64,000 nucleotides of DNA, from IMG/VR virus record IMGVR_UViG_3300042881_003883, positions 19,930 through 83,929 of that record. One strand, given 5' to 3'. Within the stretch, counting starts at the first letter, position 1. Each line of letters starts with the position of its first letter. Source of the stretch: a virus. Its lineage: Duplodnaviria; Heunggongvirae; Uroviricota; Caudoviricetes. A model generated the notes under the pieces. That model was not told where the DNA came from and ran no database searches. It saw only the letters and a list, made by a program, of their open reading frames with translations. Positions 10,401-19,331 of the stretch are shown here, piece by piece. Position numbers and translations under genes: made by a program.

Positions 10401-13400
10401 TTTGGAGAAACTTATCATCTTTACGTTTTACTGATAATAATGATTGGGATTATAATAGTTGGGCAGGATTAAAATTCATAAACGCATCTAAGAGAATTGT
10501 ATTGGGTGTAGGGGGTAATGTTTTTACAGCAAACTCAGCACAAACTGGTAACTTATTGTTGGATAGAATTGATACAATGTATTTATTCGATACAACTTAT
10601 TATTTAAACACCGGTACTTCAAACTTAAACTCATTAACATTAGCTGGTAATTTAGTAGCAGCTCAAGTTAATACTGGGCAAGGATTAACCGAAGTTCATT
10701 TGATGAACCAAAATGTTAGAACTACTGATAGTGTAACTTTTGCAAATATAACTGGTAATACAATTTATGTAGGTGGTGGCACTACATATTTTATTAATAA
10801 TGATATATCTCGATTAAATTATATAAATGCTAATGCTTTCGCACAAGAGCAAGGTAGTGTATTAAAAATAACATATCCAAATGGAGGTACATTAAATAAT
10901 AGTACATCATCCGTAACTGGAGCAATAAAGATACGACTTCCTCAATCGTGGACAAACACTATGATGGAGTTAAAAGTTCGTATTTACAATTATAGTGGAG
11001 ATACTTATTGGGAATACTCAATGGGTGGATATAATTATTCACCATCAACATCTTGGATTAATACAAATGCAAGTGTTGCTGGGGCAGCTGGGGCACCTGC
11101 ATATACTGTTAGATTTGCACATGATGGTACTTATTGTACAATATTCATCGGTGAATTAGCAACAACTTGGTCATACCCTAAAATAGTTGTTACTGAGTTT
11201 ATTGGTGGACATTCAAACTTCGCTGTATCTCAATGGGATGGTGATTGGGCTCTATCATTTGAAACAACATCATTTGGTACTGTAACATCCACTAAAACTC
11301 CAACATTAAGAACTGGTAATTTTATAGCAGATGGTACAATAAGTGGTACATCGATAGATACTGGACAAGGTTCAACTGAAGTTCATTTAATGAACCAAAA
11401 CATTCGTACAACGGATGATGTTACTTTTTCTACGATAAGAGGTACTAATTTTAGAGCATCAAACGCGTATTACTTAGGTGAAAATAATTTTTATCTTAAT
11501 TTAACAAATGGTGGTTGGTATTCTAATGTAAGGATTGCATCTGAAGTAGATATGAGGGCACCTATATTCTATGATACGGATAATACTGCATATTATACAA
11601 ATCCTGCTGGACTTTCTGTACTTAGCCATATCCAATTAGTAAATAACTGGGCTAACACTACTCCTAATGATGGTGCAATAAATATTAGAGGACAGTATCC
11701 ATCTATGACATTTAGAAATACTATATCCAATAATATGTGGTTAAGACATATGGATGGTAGTGGTGATATACAACATTATTTTGCATCTGGCGTTGATAGT
11801 ACTTCTTGGAGTATAAGACACTCAATGTTTACAAATGGTAGATTCTTCTCAGCTGAAAGCATGAGAACACCAATATTTTATGATTCAGATAATACCGCAT
11901 ACTATTTAGATGCAGCTAGTACTTCAAATATAAATGAAATAGTATCAGTAAGAGGGCAGTTTAGAAAAGCACAAACAAACAACAATTATACTACCGCTGC
12001 TTTATGGACTGAATCATATAGCACTACAACCACTGGTATTGCTTTTCACATTAGTGGTGTTGTTGGTAAGTATTTGGAAATGCGTACTGATGGTATTCTT
12101 TATTGGGAAAATGAAAAAGTTTGGACAGGTAGTACAGATGGTGCTGGTTCTGGATTAGATGCAGATTTATTAGATGGTCAACAAGGGACATATTATGACC
12201 ATAGAATATATACTTCTACTGGAAATATTGCTGGTTCTTTTTTAGGAGGACATTATTCATCTGGGGGAACTGAAAAACCTAACTCAGCTACATTCGGAGC
12301 TGGTAAGTTAAAGGTAGCCATGCTTAGTAACGGAAACCTTGGATTTGGTGGAAGTTGGAATGATGTTCTATGGATGTCAACTTATAATGGTGGTGATGTT
12401 AAACAAAGTTACGCAATTGTTGGAGATAAGTATGGTGATAACCTATGGTTCTCAAGACAAGCATTTGATTCTGCAACTTGGGGTACTGGTAGAAGATTGT
12501 GGCATAGTGGGGATACTACCATATCAACAACAGGTGATATGCGTTCTCCAATTTTCTATGATTCGGATGATACAACATATAGAATTGATGGAAATAGTAC
12601 ATCTGTTCTTAATAACTTAAATATTGCTGGAACTCTTACTGTAAATGGTACAATAAATTTAGGTAATGATTTCCAAATCGGTGATTATAAATATTTTGGA
12701 ATCAATAACTTAGGTGCATCTGCAACTCAAGCTAGAAGATTTGAAGTTGCACGAATTGGTATTGATTTTAATGATTGGAACTCTGTTGGTTTATTTGAAG
12801 TTGAACTTTCGGAAAATTACTACGATAAAGGTTTAAGAAAAAGATATATAGTTTCTTATGGATATGTTTCTGCAGCATCAGTTCAATTAGTTGAAGCAAA
12901 TGGTATAGGTTCAAATCACTTCCAAGTAACTATTGGTTCTGAAGTAGTTGTAAGTGGTGACCATAGATACATTCCTGTATATGTTGATGTTAGATATTAC
13001 TCATCAGTTGATGCTCTTATTAGAACTACACGAAGTATTACTACCAATACAAATAGTGCAATTGGTGCGGTTTATATTAACACATCACCTTCTGCAACTA
13101 ACATTTCCGATTTTACGGCAGATAGTATTGTATATCCAACTTCAGGTCAATTCGGTATTGCTGCACCAACATTCTACGATTCGGATAATACATCATATTA
13201 TATAGACCCATCTAATGGAGCAAATGGAATTTCTGCTAATTTACAGGGTAGAATTCAAGTTGGTACATTTAATAATTCTCAAACTAATACTGGTGAGGCT
13301 TGGATTGGTAGAGCATCTGATAGAGCAGCCGGTGTATTAACTGTACAATTAGGTGGTGGTGCAGGTAGATATTTAGAAGTAGTAGATAATGCTTGGACTA

Positions 13401-16400
13401 CTGTTGAGTTTAGTGTAAATGATAGTGGTGTTGCTACTGCAGCAGCAAGTTTTAGAGCACCTATATTCTATGATTCGAATAATACATCATATTATTTAGA
13501 CCCTACATCAACAACATCGTTAAGAACTGTTGGTAGTTGGAGAAGTGATTCATCTACATGGGATGGTGAATTTAGTGGTAAGATTCAATATCATTCTAAT
13601 AATTGGTATTTCCAAGCTGCTGGAGACTGGATTTGGAGAAATTCAGGTGGTAGTAACGTAATTTATGGTAACCAAAGTGGTGAATTGACTGCAACTGGGA
13701 ACATGCGTTCACCTATATTCTACGATTCTGATAATACTGGGTATTATACAAATCCAGCAGGAACATCTCGTATGAATGGAATTGCATTTGATGCAGCATC
13801 GCCTGTATATAGTGTAACCGCTGGAACATCATATCAACAACATTTTCAAATTAGAGAAGCAGGTGCTAGTGGTGCAAATGGTTCGGCCATTGCATACGCA
13901 CCATCAATTGGTTTCCATTGGAGTGGTGTAGTTGCATCCAATATTACAATGGAAGCAAGTGGTAGAATTTCAATAAGAAATAATCCGGGTACATCATATG
14001 AAAATTTGGTTGCTAACAATATGTACGCATATGCATTCTATGATGAAAATAATACTGGATATTACTTAGACCCTGCATCTACTTCTGTACTAAACGCAAT
14101 TAGATTGGGTACATCTGCAAATAATTCTACATTATCTGGAGCTGGTGATTGGGGTGTTAGATTTACTACAGACGTTGGATACATACAAATAGGACCTGCA
14201 AATAGTTCATATGCTCATATCTATACGGATAGAGGTAATTTCTATATGAACGTAAATGACCTTTATCTAAATGGAAACCTTGTACCCGCATTTGGATATA
14301 ATAGAGGTAGTGGTAACTTATTTGCAGCAATTTATTATGATGCAAATAATACTAATTATTATATAGATGGAGCATCAACATCAAACCTAAATGATTTACA
14401 AACTGCGGGAAGAGTTGTAATTGGTGGTAACTTTAGTAATAACGCATACAATTCAGTAGGTTCTGCTAGATTACATTTTGGAGGAGGTAACTCTGATGCA
14501 AATGATAACTATTACATAGGTACTAATATAGAAGGTTATGGTGGTTCATATACTAAATTAGATTTAAGATGGCATACTGGTATCCGTATGGGTGCACAAC
14601 CTGGATATGGTGGTATTCGTTTTTATGATACTGAAGATTTAGGTACGCTTATATTCTCAATTGGTACTGGTGATGCACATGTTAGGGTAACTAATAATTT
14701 ATATGTAAATGGATACACTTATTTAGGAAATGGTAACGCTGATGAAACTCATATTAATGATACTTTAAGAGTTGGTGCAACCGATAGTGGTGATTCTCAT
14801 TTCTATTTTGGAGAAGATTCATCATCTTGGTATGGTGACCATTGGTATTGGGATTCTGGATATAATGTTTATAGATATAGTAGATTCGCTGGAACTGATT
14901 CCCTAATTCACTACCATGATACGAGAGATACTACTAGAATTACATATGCTAGAAATATTGTATTTGATGATTTCGGAAAAGGTATAGTTGGTAACTATTC
15001 AGCAGAGAGATTACAATTGGTATTTGCTATGGGTGATTCATACAAACCAAATACGGCAGGTACATCAACGGCAAATATGTATGGTATTGGTTGGTCACAT
15101 CCAAACGCAGGTGGATTAGGTGGAGCTAATAATCTTAATGACCACGGTTTATTGATTATCAATAATGGTACATTTAGAGCAGCAATTTCATCTAGAATTG
15201 TGGCATCTGAAGAAGTAAGAGGTACATTATTTAGAGATTACAATGATAGTGGGTATTATTTAGACCCTAATACAACTGGAATTTCTTTAAGAATAGGTGG
15301 AACTGTTCATTCAGGTGGAGCATTTAGTAGTGATGGTTATTCATCATCATCACCAAACGTTGTGACACGAATAACTGCACCACAAGGAGCAGCATTTTCA
15401 TCAGATGGTTCTACTGGAGCTATTAGAATTAAATTACCATTTAGGGGAAATAACCCTATGTGGACTATGAAGGTTCGAATTTATAATTACTCTACTAACC
15501 AAACATCAGAATATCTATTAGGTAATTATGCTTATGACCAAGGTGGTTATAACTCATCTGCTACTTTTATAGGTGGAGCAAGTGCAACTGCACATACTGT
15601 AAGATTTGGTAATCAGGACGGAGTTGATTGTGTTTGGATAGGTGAAACAAATACTGGATGGAGTTATCCGGTAGTTAGTGTTATTGATTTTACATCTGGA
15701 TTTAGAAGTTCAAACGCTGATTCACAATCTAGAAATTGGAATATAGCAGTAGTAACATCATTTGGTACAGTCCAAACTGCAATAACGCCTGAAATTAGAT
15801 TATCTAATACATACGCTCCTACATTTAGAGCTGATACGGATATGAGGGCACCAATTTATTATGATACCAACACTGCGTATTATATAAATGGTGATGGTGC
15901 ATCAAACCTAAATACTCTACAAACTTATTCATATCAAGGTAATGGTAACGTAGGTGGAACTGGAAACGCATCTTGGCATCCATCTGGTATCTATTCAGCT
16001 GGTTATAACTGGTTGTATGGTGGTATCAATATGAATGGTGGCACATTAGATGGAGCAGGTCCAATTTATGGTACTATATATTATGATAGAAATGATTCAG
16101 GATATTATGCAGACCCTGCATCAACATCTAATTTTTATAATTTAAATTTAACTGGAGCTAAACATACCTACCTTACTATAAACCCTGGTAACGGATGGGA
16201 AGCAATGGTTCGTTATATTGGTGGTAGTGGTAGTAGTTGGTATGTTGGTAAACGTACATCAACTCAATTGTTAGGTAGTACTGATGCATTCCATATGTAT
16301 TCTGAAACTGCCGGTAGAACAGTTGGTGGATATGATACTGCTGGTAATCATTACGCATATGGTTCATCAAGAGCTACTATATTCTATGATATAGATGATA

Positions 16401-19204
16401 CTACATATTATATGAACCCCAATAGTAACACTTACTTATATGGTACATTTCAAGTAAATGGTGGACATGGGGATTCTCAAATTGGAGTTAGATTATTGTC
16501 TGGAAACAATGGTGCTGGTGCAGGTGAAATTAATTTAAGAATGTGGGTATCTGAACCTGGTGTAACGTGGAACTGGGGTGGATTTGGATATAACGTAACT
16601 AATAATAATGGTTCACCAAACGGATTTGGTAGAATAAATACCGCACACGGACAGGCATATATGAGATTTAGTGATGGTGGTGATTTGTATTTCTATAATA
16701 CAAATACATCTGGTACTAGAGTTACTAATATGGAAATGTATCCAAATAATACCGTATTATTTAACAACTACGCTACGGGTGGTAACTCATTAAGAGCACC
16801 AATATTTTATGATTCGGATAATACGGGATACTATGGTGATTTTGCATCAACATCTCGTATAAACGCTATTAATTATGATAATTTATATTGGGCGGGAGAT
16901 ACGAGTTATGGTTTCATTGGTAGAAACGTATATGCTGATACTGTAAATGGTAGAGGTAGTGACCCGTTAGAATTAAACTATTATGATGGTGGTGATGTTT
17001 ACATTGGACCTGGTGGTGGTAATAAAAATTTAAGAGCTAATCTTTACTATGATTATGCAAATACTGCATATTATTTAGACCCTAATGGAACTGCTAGATT
17101 ATCATATGTAGTAGCAAATGGTGGTATCCGAATTGATGGAAATGAAAACCTTTACTTAGATAACAACTATGGACAATCAATTGTAGGTGTTTATACATCT
17201 GTTAGATATCAGGGTATATTTGCAATGGGTAATGCATATAAATTAGCAATTGATGGTACTGGTACTGGTAACTTATATGGATTATCTTGGTCACATCCTA
17301 ATGCTGGAGGACAAGCTGGATTCTTAAATGACCACGGTTTATTGGTAATGAACTATGGTACAACTTTTGCGGCAATATCATCACGTGGTTGGTTCAGAAC
17401 TTCAGTTCAGGCACCTATATTCTATGATAATGATGATACTGGATACTATGGTAATTATGCAGGTGATAGAAGCACCAGCGTTAATGGATTTACCGCAAGA
17501 ACAGTAGAAGGAACCAAAGGAACATGGAAATACAATATCCCAAGATTTATTCATACGGGCGACTCTAATTATTGGGTTGGAAGTATGGGTTGGGGTACAA
17601 CTGACTTCAACACTATGATGACATGGGGTAGTGGATTCATTGATTCTTGGTCAAACCCATCAAATCAACCATCTGGTACTTCACATTGGGTAGGTACTCA
17701 AGCATATCACTACACCAATGCATACAATAGTGCATATGGTTGGCAGTTGGTAGGTGGTCCAATTGGAAATTTACGATTCCGTCAATCTTGGCCAAATGCT
17801 GGTACTTGGAGAACTGTACCTATGCTTGATGTGAATGATGGAAATAGTGGAGCAATGTATGCTGGAATTTATTATGATTCGGCTGATAGTGCATATTATG
17901 CAGACCCAGCATCAACATCTCGTTTAAATATAACTAAGACTGCATTAAAAGCTCATAATGATATGAGTGGTTATGGAGAAGGAAACTGGGTTTCAGATTT
18001 CAATCGAACTCCAATAAGTTCATTTACGTTTGGTGAAGATAAATATAATGGTGGTCCATCTGGAACTTGGTGGTTCCAGGTAAATATGAGACATGCAAAC
18101 TCAAGTAACTATTGGGGAACTCAATTGGCATATGGATGGGAAGATAATGCAAATGAAATTTATCAAAGAAATATTACCGGAGGAAGTTTCAGCGGATGGG
18201 TTAGATATCTAAATTCAAACAACTATTCTGGTTATTCAAATTTCGGAACAGGTACAGTTTATGGTGGTATATATTACGATGGTAATAACTCTGGATACTA
18301 TGGTGATTTTGCATCAACATCTCGTTTCAATACAACCATAACTGATACAACATACTTCGGTTCAGATACTAATAAAGGTAGAGCACAGGGATATGGTACT
18401 TGGTCAAATTCATTCCATAAAACGGCATACATGTCATTTGACTGGAACGCGAATTATGACACTTATTCAAATCATGGTATCGCATCTACTGATTTAAATG
18501 GTTCGTTTAGTGATTCGATGAGTATTAACTCATTTAATGATATCAACTTAAGATTAGATTCAAATGATAATAATGCAAACTCATATGTAAGAATACATGA
18601 TAATACTACTGGCCAGTCAGTTTCCGTAGCATATATCGGACGAGAGAGTGGTAACCCTATTGCATATTTCAATAATAGAGTATATGGTAACGTATATTAC
18701 CACAACAGTGATACTGCATATTATTTGGCTCCGAATGGTACTTCCAGATTGAATAGAACAAACTATGATTATGTTTATTCTTATAACTGGGTTTACGCAC
18801 AGGGTGATGTTATTGCATACTACTCTGATGAAAGATTAAAAACTAAAGTTGGTTCTATTGAAAACGCTTTAGATAAAATCTCTAAATTGAATGGATTCTA
18901 TTATGTTGAAAATGATTTAGCAAAATCATTCGGATACAAAAACGAAAAAAGACAATTAGGTTTATCAGCACAAGAAGTACAAGAAGTTTTACCTGAAATT
19001 GTGACATTAGCACCATTTGATACGGAAACTGATAAAAATAATAATATTGTAGGTTCCAAATCTGGAGAAGATTACTTAACTGTAAACTACGCTAAAGTAG
19101 TTCCTCTTTTAGTTGAAGGTATTAAAGAACAAACCGAAATAATCAATTCTCAGCAAAAACAAATTGATGAATTAAAAGAAATGATTAAATCTTTGATAAA
19201 ATAA
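7421..19204 (+). CDS. Giant modular tail fibre (3927 aa) with C-terminal intramolecular chaperone (peptidase S74-like)
   Basis: C-terminal YSDERLKT...ALDKI..LNG..Y...GLSAQEVQEVLPEIV...VNYAKVVPLLVEGIKE plus coiled coil; Gly-X-X tract; about 18 copies of a PIFYD..NT.YY.DP.STS linker. Confidence 0.9.
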   Translation: MKYAGKNPNGINQVSQSLLSVDVNGVQQLTVSTASLDINTKLSVTNGVLASSYTGSAFSGSKFVGSQFSGSFSGSFSGDGSNLTKIPFEGLTADAQSKIQSGDGTARISNNKLSINVNTDITGSLLTTGTVSASFLAGDGSNITNISAASIGDINRLKSGSATATISPNKGLEVNVGIVTEKYLGVSGSAQIAGNLNVDGTTTLKSLNVAGTITATELKTTYISSSIIFSSGSNKFGDQSSDTHEFTGSLRVKDTIQIPSYTSNPVSGKVGEIYYNTSDTNIYRWTGLIWEPAAGTAGTSGTSGTSGTSGTSGTSGTSGTSGSSGSSGASGSSGSSGSSGSSGTSGTSGTSGSGGTSGSGGSSGTSGSSGTRGTSGSSGTSGTSGTSGSSGSSGSSGTSGTSGTSGTSGSSGSSGFGSSGTSGSGGTSGTSGTRGTSGSSGTSGSSGTSGSSGISGSSGTSATSGSGGTSATSGSSGSSGSSGTSGSSGSSGTSGTSGTRGTSGTSGTSGTSGISGSSGSSGSSGTSGTSGISGSSGSSGSSGSSGTSGTSGTRGTSGTSGIDGVVGDGGTSGSSGSSGSSGTSGSSGSSGTSGTSGSSGTNSTAGTGGTSGSSGSSGSSGTSGTSGTSGSSGTSGSSGSSGTSGSSGSSGTSGTSGTSGINGLIGSSGTGGTAGTGGTSGSSGSSGTSGTSGTSGTSGTSGTSGTRGTAGSGGSSGSSGSSGTSGTSGTSGSSGSSGTSGTSGSSGTSGTSGSSGTSGTRGTAGSGGSSGTSGSSGTSGSSGTSGSSGSSGTSGTSGTSGTSGTSGSSGTSGSSGVLALTGTTDNGVITLNGTAPNATVESNLRFDGTTLAVTGNATISGDLTVSGTTTYINTTTLNVGDNIITLNADIGAATAPTENAGIEVKRGNAATKQFYWNESTDRWYADSDLQSAGNLYGTQIDTGQGLTEVHLMNQNVRTSDTITFARLNLTTTGNDYYFAANGLTMTSISTGETIWRNLSSLRFTDNNDWDYNSWAGLKFINASKRIVLGVGGNVFTANSAQTGNLLLDRIDTMYLFDTTYYLNTGTSNLNSLTLAGNLVAAQVNTGQGLTEVHLMNQNVRTTDSVTFANITGNTIYVGGGTTYFINNDISRLNYINANAFAQEQGSVLKITYPNGGTLNNSTSSVTGAIKIRLPQSWTNTMMELKVRIYNYSGDTYWEYSMGGYNYSPSTSWINTNASVAGAAGAPAYTVRFAHDGTYCTIFIGELATTWSYPKIVVTEFIGGHSNFAVSQWDGDWALSFETTSFGTVTSTKTPTLRTGNFIADGTISGTSIDTGQGSTEVHLMNQNIRTTDDVTFSTIRGTNFRASNAYYLGENNFYLNLTNGGWYSNVRIASEVDMRAPIFYDTDNTAYYTNPAGLSVLSHIQLVNNWANTTPNDGAINIRGQYPSMTFRNTISNNMWLRHMDGSGDIQHYFASGVDSTSWSIRHSMFTNGRFFSAESMRTPIFYDSDNTAYYLDAASTSNINEIVSVRGQFRKAQTNNNYTTAALWTESYSTTTTGIAFHISGVVGKYLEMRTDGILYWENEKVWTGSTDGAGSGLDADLLDGQQGTYYDHRIYTSTGNIAGSFLGGHYSSGGTEKPNSATFGAGKLKVAMLSNGNLGFGGSWNDVLWMSTYNGGDVKQSYAIVGDKYGDNLWFSRQAFDSATWGTGRRLWHSGDTTISTTGDMRSPIFYDSDDTTYRIDGNSTSVLNNLNIAGTLTVNGTINLGNDFQIGDYKYFGINNLGASATQARRFEVARIGIDFNDWNSVGLFEVELSENYYDKGLRKRYIVSYGYVSAASVQLVEANGIGSNHFQVTIGSEVVVSGDHRYIPVYVDVRYYSSVDALIRTTRSITTNTNSAIGAVYINTSPSATNISDFTADSIVYPTSGQFGIAAPTFYDSDNTSYYIDPSNGANGISANLQGRIQVGTFNNSQTNTGEAWIGRASDRAAGVLTVQLGGGAGRYLEVVDNAWTTVEFSVNDSGVATAAASFRAPIFYDSNNTSYYLDPTSTTSLRTVGSWRSDSSTWDGEFSGKIQYHSNNWYFQAAGDWIWRNSGGSNVIYGNQSGELTATGNMRSPIFYDSDNTGYYTNPAGTSRMNGIAFDAASPVYSVTAGTSYQQHFQIREAGASGANGSAIAYAPSIGFHWSGVVASNITMEASGRISIRNNPGTSYENLVANNMYAYAFYDENNTGYYLDPASTSVLNAIRLGTSANNSTLSGAGDWGVRFTTDVGYIQIGPANSSYAHIYTDRGNFYMNVNDLYLNGNLVPAFGYNRGSGNLFAAIYYDANNTNYYIDGASTSNLNDLQTAGRVVIGGNFSNNAYNSVGSARLHFGGGNSDANDNYYIGTNIEGYGGSYTKLDLRWHTGIRMGAQPGYGGIRFYDTEDLGTLIFSIGTGDAHVRVTNNLYVNGYTYLGNGNADETHINDTLRVGATDSGDSHFYFGEDSSSWYGDHWYWDSGYNVYRYSRFAGTDSLIHYHDTRDTTRITYARNIVFDDFGKGIVGNYSAERLQLVFAMGDSYKPNTAGTSTANMYGIGWSHPNAGGLGGANNLNDHGLLIINNGTFRAAISSRIVASEEVRGTLFRDYNDSGYYLDPNTTGISLRIGGTVHSGGAFSSDGYSSSSPNVVTRITAPQGAAFSSDGSTGAIRIKLPFRGNNPMWTMKVRIYNYSTNQTSEYLLGNYAYDQGGYNSSATFIGGASATAHTVRFGNQDGVDCVWIGETNTGWSYPVVSVIDFTSGFRSSNADSQSRNWNIAVVTSFGTVQTAITPEIRLSNTYAPTFRADTDMRAPIYYDTNTAYYINGDGASNLNTLQTYSYQGNGNVGGTGNASWHPSGIYSAGYNWLYGGINMNGGTLDGAGPIYGTIYYDRNDSGYYADPASTSNFYNLNLTGAKHTYLTINPGNGWEAMVRYIGGSGSSWYVGKRTSTQLLGSTDAFHMYSETAGRTVGGYDTAGNHYAYGSSRATIFYDIDDTTYYMNPNSNTYLYGTFQVNGGHGDSQIGVRLLSGNNGAGAGEINLRMWVSEPGVTWNWGGFGYNVTNNNGSPNGFGRINTAHGQAYMRFSDGGDLYFYNTNTSGTRVTNMEMYPNNTVLFNNYATGGNSLRAPIFYDSDNTGYYGDFASTSRINAINYDNLYWAGDTSYGFIGRNVYADTVNGRGSDPLELNYYDGGDVYIGPGGGNKNLRANLYYDYANTAYYLDPNGTARLSYVVANGGIRIDGNENLYLDNNYGQSIVGVYTSVRYQGIFAMGNAYKLAIDGTGTGNLYGLSWSHPNAGGQAGFLNDHGLLVMNYGTTFAAISSRGWFRTSVQAPIFYDNDDTGYYGNYAGDRSTSVNGFTARTVEGTKGTWKYNIPRFIHTGDSNYWVGSMGWGTTDFNTMMTWGSGFIDSWSNPSNQPSGTSHWVGTQAYHYTNAYNSAYGWQLVGGPIGNLRFRQSWPNAGTWRTVPMLDVNDGNSGAMYAGIYYDSADSAYYADPASTSRLNITKTALKAHNDMSGYGEGNWVSDFNRTPISSFTFGEDKYNGGPSGTWWFQVNMRHANSSNYWGTQLAYGWEDNANEIYQRNITGGSFSGWVRYLNSNNYSGYSNFGTGTVYGGIYYDGNNSGYYGDFASTSRFNTTITDTTYFGSDTNKGRAQGYGTWSNSFHKTAYMSFDWNANYDTYSNHGIASTDLNGSFSDSMSINSFNDINLRLDSNDNNANSYVRIHDNTTGQSVSVAYIGRESGNPIAYFNNRVYGNVYYHNSDTAYYLAPNGTSRLNRTNYDYVYSYNWVYAQGDVIAYYSDERLKTKVGSIENALDKISKLNGFYYVENDLAKSFGYKNEKRQLGLSAQEVQEVLPEIVTLAPFDTETDKNNNIVGSKSGEDYLTVNYAKVVPLLVEGIKEQTEIINSQQKQIDELKEMIKSLIK
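8303..9868 (+). repeat. Coding Gly-X-X (GTS/GSS) tract of the giant fibre
   Basis: About 520 aa of triplet repeats. Confidence 0.95.
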
Positions 19205-19207
19205 TTG

Positions 19208-19283
19208 ATATTTATATAAAAGAAGAAAAACTCCCAATCATACAACCAAAATTTATGTTTTGGGATTTTTCTTTATATTTATA
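19208..19283 (+). promoter_or_regulatory. Two putative late promoter motifs ATATTTATA (19208-19216, 19275-19283)
   Basis: Intergenic, upstream of the sheath gene; they flank an imperfect inverted repeat AAGAAAAACTCCCAA/TTGGGATTTTTCTT. Confidence 0.55.
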
Positions 19284-19331
19284 TGTGTATTTGATATTAT
19301 AATCAAACTAAACTTATTGGAGAAATAAAAT

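Noticed and set aside
7421-19204. Diversity-generating retroelement acting on the fibre
   Set aside because: No reverse transcriptase in the window and no non-coding template repeat differing only at adenines; one elsewhere in the genome cannot be excluded.
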